The notes under the pieces were generated by a model. The model was not told the DNA's origin and ran no database searches. It was given only the letters and a program-made list of their open reading frames with translations. This document shows positions 37,373-45,869 of a stretch of DNA of 64,000 bases, in pieces. The stretch lies in the IMG/VR virus record IMGVR_UViG_3300045988_113168, one strand, 5' to 3'. Both the position numbers and the translations under genes were made by a program. This stretch comes from a virus. Numbering within the stretch: position 1 is the first letter of the stretch; each line of letters begins with the position of its first letter.

Positions 37373-38403
37373 AAAAAGAAACGTATCTTCCGCTTGATAT
37401 TTTGAAAAAAATTACGGCGCATTACCCTAAAGCATGGGAGCAGATGGAAATGTTTCATAATGCAAACGGGGAACCAAATCTGGGAACGTGGCCTGAATGG
37501 TGCTACGCCCCTATGAGCGCTGCGTTGGCGGTGGCATCTCAAGGATATGATTTAAACAAGCTCCCTATTGATATAAGAATGGAGATAACATCTATAGCTC
37601 AGGCGATATTTGCGTTGGCCCCGTGGCGACTAAGTAAAGAGGTCTATGTTATTGACGAAGATTTAAAAGACCTTTTGTTTGAGCAGGACGGAGAACTCGA
37701 TGTCCCTAACGAAATATTATTGCAGCTTCCGTATCCGTGCTTTTATGTGGAACTTCCAAACACATATTATAGGGCAGATAAAATACATGGGTTCTTTGTG
37801 ACATTAGAATATGATGTTATCAATGGAGATAAAGAATTAAAACCGGTTTTTCTTACTGACAACGGAGATATATTCAGCTATTCCATTCATATTGGAGCAA
37901 AAACAATAGAAGAAAGCGTGGATATGCTTGATAAGCAGGCGCTTGAAAATACAAACGGAGATAAAGAACTGAAACGTTTGGCATTAAGAGCGATGCAGGA
38001 TTCAGCAGAAACAAAAATATTTCTAAAACAAATCCTTCAAGTAATATTATATATTCTTGCACAGAACGCAGAAATCACGCCAAGTTCTGAACAGTCTTTT
38101 ATCACCAAAAGAGGAAAAACACTCAAGGATAAATATTCTGAAATTCGAAAGTGGGATGTTGGCATTCGTGTTGGAGCTGCGATAAGACAGCAAAAAATAC
38201 GCGAGCAGTCTGAGTGGTCGGAACGCAATCAAAGCGGACATAATTCGCCACGTCCTCATATACGTCGCGGTCATTGGCATCATTTTTGGACAGGCCCAAA
38301 AACACAGCCCGAAGAACGAAAACTTATCTTAAAGTGGTTGTCACCCATGACCGTTGCCGCAAATCCAGATGACACACCAATTGTACTTCATAAGGTAAAG
38401 TAA
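37369..38403 (+). CDS. hypothetical protein (accessory cassette gene 2) with C-terminal PRPHIRRGHWHHFWTGP motif
   Basis: ATGA overlap with gene 1. 344 aa with a basic His/Trp-rich C-terminal block. Confidence 0.65.
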   Translation: MKKETYLPLDILKKITAHYPKAWEQMEMFHNANGEPNLGTWPEWCYAPMSAALAVASQGYDLNKLPIDIRMEITSIAQAIFALAPWRLSKEVYVIDEDLKDLLFEQDGELDVPNEILLQLPYPCFYVELPNTYYRADKIHGFFVTLEYDVINGDKELKPVFLTDNGDIFSYSIHIGAKTIEESVDMLDKQALENTNGDKELKRLALRAMQDSAETKIFLKQILQVILYILAQNAEITPSSEQSFITKRGKTLKDKYSEIRKWDVGIRVGAAIRQQKIREQSEWSERNQSGHNSPRPHIRRGHWHHFWTGPKTQPEERKLILKWLSPMTVAANPDDTPIVLHKVK

Positions 38404-38404
38404 A

Positions 38405-38620
38405 ATGAACAATCCAATAATACTTGATATCGCACTCGAATTTATTTTTCACAAGCACAGTGAGGATGAATTCGGTCGCAAAAATAATAAAGCACAGGCT
38501 ATCCGCGAAATGAGCGACGAAGAACTTGCGGCAGCATTGAATGAAATTGTTGCACAACAAGATAACTGTCCCAGAACAATCGAAGGCTGGAAGCAGTGGC
38601 TTCAAGAAGATATAAAATAA
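38405..38620 (+). CDS. hypothetical small protein (accessory cassette gene 3)
   Basis: Starts 2 nt after the gene 2 stop. 71 aa. Confidence 0.55.
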   Translation: MNNPIILDIALEFIFHKHSEDEFGRKNNKAQAIREMSDEELAAALNEIVAQQDNCPRTIEGWKQWLQEDIK

Positions 38621-38629
38621 TCCAACGCT

Positions 38630-38677
38630 AAAAAATGGGGTACCAGTCCAATTAAGGATTGATACCCCATTCGTTTT
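38630..38677. terminator. bidirectional terminator between convergent modules
   Basis: ATGGGGTA (38635-38642) / TACCCCAT (38663-38670), flanked by an A-run and a T-run. Confidence 0.6.
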
Positions 38678-38912
38678 ATATCAGCTCGATATCGCTTGGC
38701 TCAACATAGCCTGACACATTTACTGAGATTGGATACTTACCAATACGACTTTCAAGATTTGTCACTCGATACCGCCCATTGACGAGTTTTCCATCGTAGA
38801 TATACCACTCACCCCGGCGCTTCATTCCGCAGTGAGTCTGGCTGTTTGAAAATAAAATTCCGTCTAATTTAATTTTATCTCCTGCACGCAATGTCTTCTG
38901 GTTGTCCGCCAT
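38676..38912 (-). CDS. small SH3-like cell-wall-binding domain protein, translationally coupled to the endolysin
   Basis: The start ATG shares one nt with the endolysin TGA (TGATG). GDKIKL...GEWYIYDG..VNGRYRVTN...VSGYV resembles lysin C-terminal SH3-type domains. Confidence 0.55.
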   Translation of the reverse strand: MADNQKTLRAGDKIKLDGILFSNSQTHCGMKRRGEWYIYDGKLVNGRYRVTNLESRIGKYPISVNVSGYVEPSDIELI

Positions 38913-39559
38913 CAAAACGAACCCCATGTAGCTGGCCCACAGATACCGTCAGCACTCAAGCCATGCGCCTTTTGCCATTCCATCAGTTTTGTCTTAGTGC
39001 CTACTCCAAAGATACCGTCCGCTTTTACGCCTAGATGTCTCTGCAGCACGGTAACTGTATACGAGATGCCGCCAGTGCAATCTTTCGCGCCCTGACGAAT
39101 CGTAGGCATGATTTTACTCACTGATACATAAGCAGTTCCAGCCTTACTGATCCAGCGAGACTTCCAGCTCCGCACATCAACATGAACAAAGCCTCCTGTT
39201 AGCTGTACTCGACTGTAATAGCCGATGCCGCCCCGCTTCTGGAAATAAGACATGGAGGCCAAATATAGCGCAATCCGAATTGGGTCAACACCTTTGATGG
39301 TAACATCCGCCGCCGTACCCAAACAATGCTGACTGCGAGGACTGCCGCCGATGGAAATATTGTAAGAAGGAGAGCGGTAGCCAGAGTTGATATGGACAGG
39401 CTTACCAAAATGAGCCCGCACCTGTTCAAGAATGTAGACAAGTTCTGTATCGATTAGAACAGTGTCACTGTGGTCAGAGCAGGCGAACTCATAGACGGAA
39501 AAATGAGCTGACACCTTTTTGTTCCAATCTTTCTTCATTGAGTATGTATTTACTGCCAT
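38912..39559 (-). CDS. endolysin: peptidase M15 plus PG_binding_1 domain
   Basis: SGYRSPSYN...SQHCLGTAADV...FVHVD (Zn peptidase M15). C-terminal LQRHLGVKADGIFG...GLSADGICGPATW. GAGGTG RBS. Confidence 0.85.
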   Translation of the reverse strand: MAVNTYSMKKDWNKKVSAHFSVYEFACSDHSDTVLIDTELVYILEQVRAHFGKPVHINSGYRSPSYNISIGGSPRSQHCLGTAADVTIKGVDPIRIALYLASMSYFQKRGGIGYYSRVQLTGGFVHVDVRSWKSRWISKAGTAYVSVSKIMPTIRQGAKDCTGGISYTVTVLQRHLGVKADGIFGVGTKTKLMEWQKAHGLSADGICGPATWGSF

Positions 39560-39569
39560 GCGGCGCACC

Positions 39570-39890
39570 TCAATTCTTCTTCAACTCATTCTCGATTTTC
39601 TCATTCTGAATGTCCAGCTCCTTGACGGCAGCCTCGATCATCATGTCGATAGTCGGAGTAATCTTGACGCCCATCTTTTCAAGAGCAGCGATAACATACT
39701 TCTTCTTGTCAGCTTTCTTGATAACACCAGTTGCGCCGACCTTCTCAGCAGCGCGAACGGTCATCCGGACAAGCTTATAGACGCCAATTTTTTTGAGATA
39801 GGGGATACCATAGACCATAAAAGCAGTACCAGCACCTGCGACGACTAGCTGGGCAATAGTAGCAACAACCTGATTGAAAAAGTCCATCAT
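39570..39890 (-). CDS. holin (LL-H-like)
   Basis: AGGAGG RBS. N-terminal TM helix. ...ITPTIDMMIEAAVKEL resembles the LL-H holin family. Directly upstream of the endolysin. Confidence 0.6.
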   Translation of the reverse strand: MMDFFNQVVATIAQLVVAGAGTAFMVYGIPYLKKIGVYKLVRMTVRAAEKVGATGVIKKADKKKYVIAALEKMGVKITPTIDMMIEAAVKELDIQNEKIENELKKN

Positions 39891-39955
39891 AATATACCTC
39901 CTGATAAAAATAAAAGACCCCGAACACATCGTTCGAGGTCATGAATCACGTGATC

Positions 39956-40459
39956 TTATTCTTTTGGTTTCAAAAAACCATTAGTGCGTAGCATTTCGTC
40001 ATATACGCGCCCCACGTTCTTGATGGCGAAGGGCATCTTGTTGTTCTTGTAGTTGGAATGAGTCTTACAATAATCTTCATACTTCCCAATGACATCAAGG
40101 ATATCATCAAAGTCCTCTTCGGTGTGGCCGAGCCCGCGAACAAGCTCATTATTGAAGCGCAGCACCTGACTACGATAACCGTCAGCTTTGGTTTCTTCAC
40201 CCTTTTCGATGTGGTTATCTAGCTTTTTACGAGTCTCTTCTTGCTCGGAGCGAATATCTTTGAGCTCGGATTTAGTTTCCTTGATCTCGTTCATCACACC
40301 GGCATTCAGGGCGTTTCCAATGTGAGTGGCTACCTAAGACCACGGATTGATCTCGATTTTAGAGACTTGTATCACTGACATAACAACGGCGATCAATCCG
40401 CCGCTCCCGGCCATCACTGAGCCGAGATGATTTAGGAAAAAATTCAATAATTCGTCCAT
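39956..40459 (-). CDS. lysis-cassette membrane protein containing an in-frame TAG (codon 42)
   Basis: ATG at 40459 after a GAGGTG RBS. A 41-codon TM segment, then TAG at 40334-40336, then the same frame continues into the 113-aa ORF 39956..40297. That ORF has no RBS of its own. Confidence 0.6.
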
Positions 40460-40490
40460 ACGATTTTAATCACCTCGATTCTTTTTTGTA

Positions 40491-40519
40491 TTGACAAATT
40501 TTGCACATCATGATATAGT
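40491..40519 (+). promoter_or_regulatory. near-consensus promoter, antisense to the late operon
   Basis: TTGACA - 17 nt (ending TGA) - TATAGT. Confidence 0.65.
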
Positions 40520-40525
40520 AGTGCT

Positions 40526-40630
40526 ACAGCATGATTTACTTTCGTCGAGCAAATTATGTGTTACCTACTCTAATATGTATGTGGGGAGGAGGTCCTTAGC
40601 CGAAAAGCTGAGGGCTTCTTCCTTTTTATT
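40526..40630 (+). ncRNA. candidate ~105-nt antisense small RNA
   Basis: Bounded by the promoter above and a 16-bp hairpin (40585-40622, with G-U pairs that work only on the + strand) followed by TTTTTATT. No SD-led ORF. Confidence 0.5.
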
Positions 40631-40775
40631 CGGACGGTGTGTCTGTTGTACTTTGATTTTGTTTCTGCAGTTCTTCTTTGATGGCGGTCAGTTGTTCATC
40701 GATGCCTTGCAATGCTATTACGATTTGCTGACCAGTCTCATCAAGAAGAAACGGTTTTAATATTTCTTGAGACAT
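40626..40775 (-). CDS. 49-aa coiled-coil protein
   Basis: AAGGAGG RBS. MSQEILKPFLLDETGQQIVIALQGIDEQLTAIKEELQKQ... Found by hand translation. Confidence 0.5.
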   Translation of the reverse strand: MSQEILKPFLLDETGQQIVIALQGIDEQLTAIKEELQKQNQSTTDTPSE

Positions 40776-40789
40776 GGTTCCTCCTTAGC

Positions 40790-41056
40790 TTAAAGATACT
40801 GATATCCTTCAAACCACAATAAGTACCCCTCATTGCGATTGCTTGTAGAAGATAGTTTTAAAGTATTATTTGAATTATAAGATACACTTGAAGAGCCGAT
40901 ATTTGTTGTACAGCCTTTGACAATTTTAATTTCATTGATTTTGAAAGAAGGACATTTAATAACTATGTAATTTACATAGGAAGGAATAGTAAGATTTATA
41001 GAAATACTATTATTAACATAACCATATCCAGTCCATACTAATTTATCTACAATCAT
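40790..41056 (-). CDS. 88-aa paralog of the C-terminal domain of the upstream fibre gene
   Basis: DKLVWTG / LTIPSYVNYIVIK / FEGYQYL align with GKLVGTG / LVVPSTSDYIKIV / IEAYQYY at the C-terminus of 41072..42580. Confidence 0.6.
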   Translation of the reverse strand: MIVDKLVWTGYGYVNNSISINLTIPSYVNYIVIKCPSFKINEIKIVKGCTTNIGSSSVSYNSNNTLKLSSTSNRNEGYLLWFEGYQYL

Positions 41057-41071
41057 TTCATCACCTCTTTA

Positions 41072-42580
41072 TCAATAATACTGATAAGCTTCAATATAAT
41101 AAGTGCAAGTATCACTTTTATCGGCGGCATCGTAACCAACACAAGTTATTTTGCCGTTTGTATCAAAAGTTATTCTTCCATAGTACCGACTATCATTAGT
41201 ATAAAGAATAGTTCCAATAACCATTTTTGTATTTATGGGAACCGAATAATAACTGTTCCCGGAAACGCCAACTATTTTAATGTAATCGCTTGTGGACGGA
41301 ACGACTAATGTGCCATCGCTATTATAATTATAAGTCACTCGACCGGTTCCTACTAGTTTCCCTTCACTGTACATCGCTTTCTTTAACAGCTGGTCAACTT
41401 GTGCTTTTGTGTATAGGTCTGGCCTCCCGCTCACATTATTCCAAGCAACAGAATTAGCTACGTCAGCAATTGGATGATAATTGTCCGTATAAATCCGTTG
41501 CCAGCTGAACCAATTATCCGTCGTATCTCGTAAAGCCCTTGTCCAAAGTCCACGGCCACCTGTCCATTCTCCACAGAGCTCTACTGTGCCACCTGCTCCA
41601 CAGCCAAATCCAATTGTCGAAGTGTAAGTGGTAGGCATCCCATTATGAGCAGAAGCATTTGAATTGTAAGAATAGACATTGCCGTATGCTTGAGTGCGAC
41701 CAGTTTGAGCATTTTTAGCACCAAGAGAATTTATAGAAGTGTGTGTATGCCCAGCTTGCGCAAACTGACTCTTATTTACCGCTCTCAGTTCATAACCGTT
41801 CCAAGCAGCCAGCCACGTATAATCAGTATAGTTCATACCAGATTTGGAATAAGCAAAAGTAGTAGCCTTGGAATTGTTGGAATCGGCAACCTTTTTTGCA
41901 GTATCGACCGTTTGTGCTCCAATCGTTGCCGAAGTGATAATTGTACCAGCTTGTGCTGGAAGGTAGACTTGAATTGCATTGTTCGTACCAGCTTTTTTAT
42001 CAGTATCTTTTGTATAGTCAAAAATCAGTCTTTCATCACCGTATGTGCCAATCGTCCACGCACCAGATGGTGTCTTTTGTCCTACAACAGGATGGTAACC
42101 AGAACCTGTACCACTACTTGGTCCATACACAATGGCACTATCTCTATCGTTAATCCAAGAACAGCCGGCATTTCGTTTGATTTGGCCGCTCATTGTGCCA
42201 CCACTTAATGGTAAATAGGCATGTGTATGATTCGCAGCAGCATAACTACCTTTTGGTTGATATACACTGTCTGCTTTTCTTTTAATATAGCTCCAAAGTG
42301 CGCTCATTGGGCGTCTATGGTAAGAGGTAGTCGTGGTGCCGCCACCTACATACTGAGATATATAAAAATCAGCGTCAACAGGAACGGATCCACCAGTTGT
42401 AAGCGTGTTTATCATTGCACTTAAATCGTGTGTATGCCCTGTATTGCTTTTCCCAGCCAGCTTTCCATCCATTTCGGATTCCGTATAATACCGTTCATCG
42501 TGGGTGTGTGACTTCGCGGCAAAAATACTTTTTAATCCACTGAAGAAATATTGAAATCCTTCAAAATCTAAAATCGCCAT
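41072..42580 (-). CDS. tail fibre protein
   Basis: Repeated (S/G)HTH...YYTESEMDGKLAGKS motifs typical of fibre shafts. AGGAGG RBS. Confidence 0.7.
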   Translation of the reverse strand: MAILDFEGFQYFFSGLKSIFAAKSHTHDERYYTESEMDGKLAGKSNTGHTHDLSAMINTLTTGGSVPVDADFYISQYVGGGTTTTSYHRRPMSALWSYIKRKADSVYQPKGSYAAANHTHAYLPLSGGTMSGQIKRNAGCSWINDRDSAIVYGPSSGTGSGYHPVVGQKTPSGAWTIGTYGDERLIFDYTKDTDKKAGTNNAIQVYLPAQAGTIITSATIGAQTVDTAKKVADSNNSKATTFAYSKSGMNYTDYTWLAAWNGYELRAVNKSQFAQAGHTHTSINSLGAKNAQTGRTQAYGNVYSYNSNASAHNGMPTTYTSTIGFGCGAGGTVELCGEWTGGRGLWTRALRDTTDNWFSWQRIYTDNYHPIADVANSVAWNNVSGRPDLYTKAQVDQLLKKAMYSEGKLVGTGRVTYNYNSDGTLVVPSTSDYIKIVGVSGNSYYSVPINTKMVIGTILYTNDSRYYGRITFDTNGKITCVGYDAADKSDTCTYYIEAYQYY

Positions 42581-42596
42581 TCAATAACCTCCTTTC

Positions 42597-43508
42597 TCAA
42601 CTAGCCAGAATTTTATCTATCTCTTCTTCGGTGATGCGGTCTACAGTAAATCGCTGCCCAAGAGCATCCCATTTAGTGCCATCCCATGCATAATTCATAC
42701 CATCAGCCACATCGTAAACATCACCAACGATTTGACCCTCAGTAGGAAGGTCCTCAATAGAAGGCACGCTGCCTTTATAACGATAAACAGCAACAATGTC
42801 AGCCTTGAGCGCATAAGAACTAGAATCTGCAAAAGCATCTAATTTCTTTTTATCATCCGCAGTCATAAGTCCAGCATCTCGCTGAGTGACTTCTTCATAT
42901 TGAGTGTCTTTTTCTGGAATGCCGAGTGCAGTAATATCTGATTTAATGACCTCATTTATCTCTGATACGTGGCCATTCAAATCGACAGTGATTTTATAAA
43001 ACCCATTGACGTGAGAGGTATACATCGGGTGTTCATAATGATTTGCGTTGTCGTCAATGCCGTCAAGTTTCTCTTTGTCCGTAGCGCTCATCAAACCCGC
43101 AATAGTAGAGGTGGCTTCGTTATACTCATCCCGGGGAGGGACACTCCATGAGCCATCACTTCGAAGGAATCTGTTTGGAGCGCCTTTTTCGGGGGCGGGG
43201 ACAAGGCCACTGTGACCGTCAGAAACACCAGTAGCACCAGTCATGACCGGACACGAGCTGTTCAGTAAAACAAGGTTGCCACCACTGCTCATATAGAGCT
43301 TATCTGGCTTTAAAAAGTAGATTTTATTGGCGAGAGGAGCCAAGGGAAGTTCGCTCACAACCTCCAAATCGCTACCGATTTTTACATGAGCTGCAGTAGA
43401 ATCTCGATAGGCGTTTCCGGTGTCAAGACAGACGATAAGTTGTCCATCAATCACTGGAGTCGTGTCGAGCTGAGATTGGTTAATCTCTAAAAGTGATAAT
43501 TTTGACAT
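42597..43508 (-). CDS. tail fibre-like protein
   Basis: AAGGAG RBS before MSKLSLL. GLMSATDKEKLDGI and GLMTADDKKKLDAF repeats. Confidence 0.65.
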   Translation of the reverse strand: MSKLSLLEINQSQLDTTPVIDGQLIVCLDTGNAYRDSTAAHVKIGSDLEVVSELPLAPLANKIYFLKPDKLYMSSGGNLVLLNSSCPVMTGATGVSDGHSGLVPAPEKGAPNRFLRSDGSWSVPPRDEYNEATSTIAGLMSATDKEKLDGIDDNANHYEHPMYTSHVNGFYKITVDLNGHVSEINEVIKSDITALGIPEKDTQYEEVTQRDAGLMTADDKKKLDAFADSSSYALKADIVAVYRYKGSVPSIEDLPTEGQIVGDVYDVADGMNYAWDGTKWDALGQRFTVDRITEEEIDKILAS

Positions 43509-43585
43509 CGTAAGCTCCTTTTCGATAAAAATAACCCTGCCAGCCGTACAGAGCCGTAGCACCATAAGCCAGCAGGGGATATAGA

Positions 43586-44674
43586 TTATTCAGCCAAATT
43601 CTTCCAAGTGAGCGCGCCTTCGACATTTTTCACACGAGTATCCATTGCAGAATTCAGACCATCAGAGTACACCTTAGAATCTGCCAATGCTTGATTTGCC
43701 TTTACCGTGGCGTCCTTTGCAGCCTTCTCTACAGCATCATCATGAGAAGCAGTCAGTTCCGCATGAGTGACTTTTTCATTCCAAGCAGTACGTTCCGCAG
43801 CGGTAATATGTACCGTAGTATCGCTGGTATGATTAGTCAAAGCATCCTGTACAGCTTTAACTTTTGAATCAACCTCAGCCTTGGTATAAGCATCGGGCAC
43901 AGCCACATACAAACCATCCTCTTCAATCACGATAGAATTGTCTGCCTTAGTAGAGACCTTGACGTTGACAGAGATTCGATTATCATCCGAAACAGTAACC
44001 TCAGCCGTAGAAGTAGCAACACCGACATAAATATCAATCAGAGAACCAACGGGAATCTTGATAACCTCACCAGTCGTAATAGTCAGCTCGATATTCTGGG
44101 TTGCGTTATTATACACGCCACGCTTGACAACCAGATCCTTACCTAGAGCAATAGTTAGCTCGTCACCGCCAAACACGGGCATCTTGATAGTGCGGGTGTC
44201 CGGGTCATAAGTGGGCGCGTGGACAACACCAGTCAGAGTGGTCTTGACAGGCTCATCGTTCTTGGAGACACTGATAACACCATCGCTATAAGTAACGTCA
44301 CTGACATACAAGCCCTTCTTGCCCTCGACCTGCTCGATCTTAGCCTGTACATAGTCTGCAACAGCCTTGGTAGTAGGCATATCATCATTGGTAGCACCAT
44401 CTGCCGGAATCTGAGTAACGGTTTTCTTATTCAGCTGCAGAAATTCAGTGCCGTTCCAGATATGCATGGTGTAATCGGTCATGCGGAAATAAATAACACC
44501 CTGTACCTGATTGGCCTCGGGCAGGACGCTTACAATCTTGGCACTTTTACCATATTCCTGATTGCCTTTATAAAACTGAAGAGTATCAGTCAGAAAATAT
44601 AGAGTGTCGTTGTCACGAACATCCAGTGCATCAAACCGGGCTTTCGTGCCATACGCAAATTTTACTTCTGCCAT
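43586..44674 (-). CDS. tail fibre-like protein
   Basis: N-terminus YGTKARFDALDVRDNDTLYFLTDT..YKG. Beta-rich shaft. Confidence 0.6.
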   Translation of the reverse strand: MAEVKFAYGTKARFDALDVRDNDTLYFLTDTLQFYKGNQEYGKSAKIVSVLPEANQVQGVIYFRMTDYTMHIWNGTEFLQLNKKTVTQIPADGATNDDMPTTKAVADYVQAKIEQVEGKKGLYVSDVTYSDGVISVSKNDEPVKTTLTGVVHAPTYDPDTRTIKMPVFGGDELTIALGKDLVVKRGVYNNATQNIELTITTGEVIKIPVGSLIDIYVGVATSTAEVTVSDDNRISVNVKVSTKADNSIVIEEDGLYVAVPDAYTKAEVDSKVKAVQDALTNHTSDTTVHITAAERTAWNEKVTHAELTASHDDAVEKAAKDATVKANQALADSKVYSDGLNSAMDTRVKNVEGALTWKNLAE

Positions 44675-44689
44675 TGTCTTCCTCCTTTT

Positions 44690-45055
44690 TTAAAATTCAG
44701 TCCATTGAAAATTCGTAGGTGCGATGTAAAAAGGCTCAACTAAAAAGCGCCCCGTGGCCGCACTTTTCTGTACAACCCACGGAGCGTATTTGCCCTTCTC
44801 ATCTTTTATCATAACTGTTTGCCCGGCATAAGTGGCCTCGTCATCATTTAAAGCATCGTTTGCCGCAGAGACCGTTTCAAAAATACGAGTGCGCGGAGTA
44901 ATCGTCTGTACCGACAAATCGTCTCGCACGTACATGAATTCCGAAGTGTCCTTTGTAATGACGAGGTCTTTACCGTCCAACAAGCCGAGGGCGATAGCGG
45001 CCTCGACATCTTCGGCATTACCATAGCCGAGTTTTGAATATTTTGCTTGTGCCAT
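44690..45055 (-). CDS. tail fibre-associated small protein
   Basis: 121 aa. The N-terminus resembles the fibre N-terminal motif. Confidence 0.5.
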   Translation of the reverse strand: MAQAKYSKLGYGNAEDVEAAIALGLLDGKDLVITKDTSEFMYVRDDLSVQTITPRTRIFETVSAANDALNDDEATYAGQTVMIKDEKGKYAPWVVQKSAATGRFLVEPFYIAPTNFQWTEF

Positions 45056-45082
45056 CGTTGCCTCCTTATAGAAGCGGATGGC

Positions 45083-45718
45083 TTAGAACGGAACCACCCG
45101 CAGAGAACCGTCATCCGTCTCGACAGTTTCGGTTGTAATCTTGATAGCATTACCGATCGGCTTGCCATTAGAGGTAAGCTGGATGCGGTGCTCATCATCA
45201 TAGGTGATATTGTCGGCCTTGTTATCCAGACTAGTATTCAGACGGTCAACCATGGCCTTATTCAGAGCCTCAAGAGCGATAATACGCTGGTCAAGCGGGC
45301 TCAGTGCTTCATCTGGAATCAAATCAGACCACTTACTGATGGGAATAATATGTACAACGCCGGGGCCAGCCTTGCGCACGCGCTGAATCGTCTGTCCTTC
45401 AGAGTTCATTTCGACATGAAGGAAGGTCAGTTGGAACTCAATGTCACCAGCCTCACTGGTCAGGCCCGTATCAAAGGGAAGAAGATACTCCAGTCGGTTC
45501 TTATACAGATCTTTTGATTTTTGTAGAATTTCAGTTTTATAGCGTTTGCTCACAGGCAAAACATACTCCAGCATAACGATATAATCGCTAATATCTACAC
45601 CCTTGTAAGTCTGGTCGGCAAGAAAGTGCAGATTATCCACCAGCTTGCTCCGCTGCATGATACGCTCAGTCAGACTTGCGGTGATAGTGTTATCCTCGTT
45701 AATCAAAAAAGTATACAT
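45083..45718 (-). CDS. baseplate/fibre-associated protein (possibly BppU-N-like)
   Basis: 211 aa. Position and GDIEFQLTF-type strand only. Confidence 0.4.
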   Translation of the reverse strand: MYTFLINEDNTITASLTERIMQRSKLVDNLHFLADQTYKGVDISDYIVMLEYVLPVSKRYKTEILQKSKDLYKNRLEYLLPFDTGLTSEAGDIEFQLTFLHVEMNSEGQTIQRVRKAGPGVVHIIPISKWSDLIPDEALSPLDQRIIALEALNKAMVDRLNTSLDNKADNITYDDEHRIQLTSNGKPIGNAIKITTETVETDDGSLRVVPF

Positions 45719-45719
45719 A

Positions 45720-45869
45720 TCACACCTCCTTTCCGTTCACGATGTACAGGTAATCATCCAAAGAGATCTTCTTGTCTTCAAGCAGGCCCTCCACAAACTT
45801 ATCCTGTACCATTCCACTCTTATAAAGTCGATGCATACTCTCGACGAACTTAGTGAAAATCTTCTCCAT
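45720..45869 (-). CDS. XkdX-like small tail protein (49 aa)
   Basis: MEKIFTKFVESMHRLYKSGMV...ISLDDYLYIVNGKEV. TAATG and TGATATG coupling to the neighbouring genes. Confidence 0.5.
   Translation of the reverse strand: MEKIFTKFVESMHRLYKSGMVQDKFVEGLLEDKKISLDDYLYIVNGKEV

Noticed and set aside
38909-38930. The frame change between the endolysin and the downstream SH3-like ORF could be a programmed frameshift or a sequencing indel.
   Set aside because: There is no slippery heptamer. The TGATG stop/start overlap is a standard translational-coupling arrangement, so I annotated two genes. The possibility is kept as a low-interest finding.
40568-40574. CTCTAAT inside the candidate antisense RNA looks like an anticodon loop with a CUA (amber suppressor) anticodon.
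   Set aside because: The five nucleotides on each side (ACCTA / ATGTA) cannot pair to form an anticodon stem. No acceptor, D or T arms can be drawn, so this is not a tRNA.
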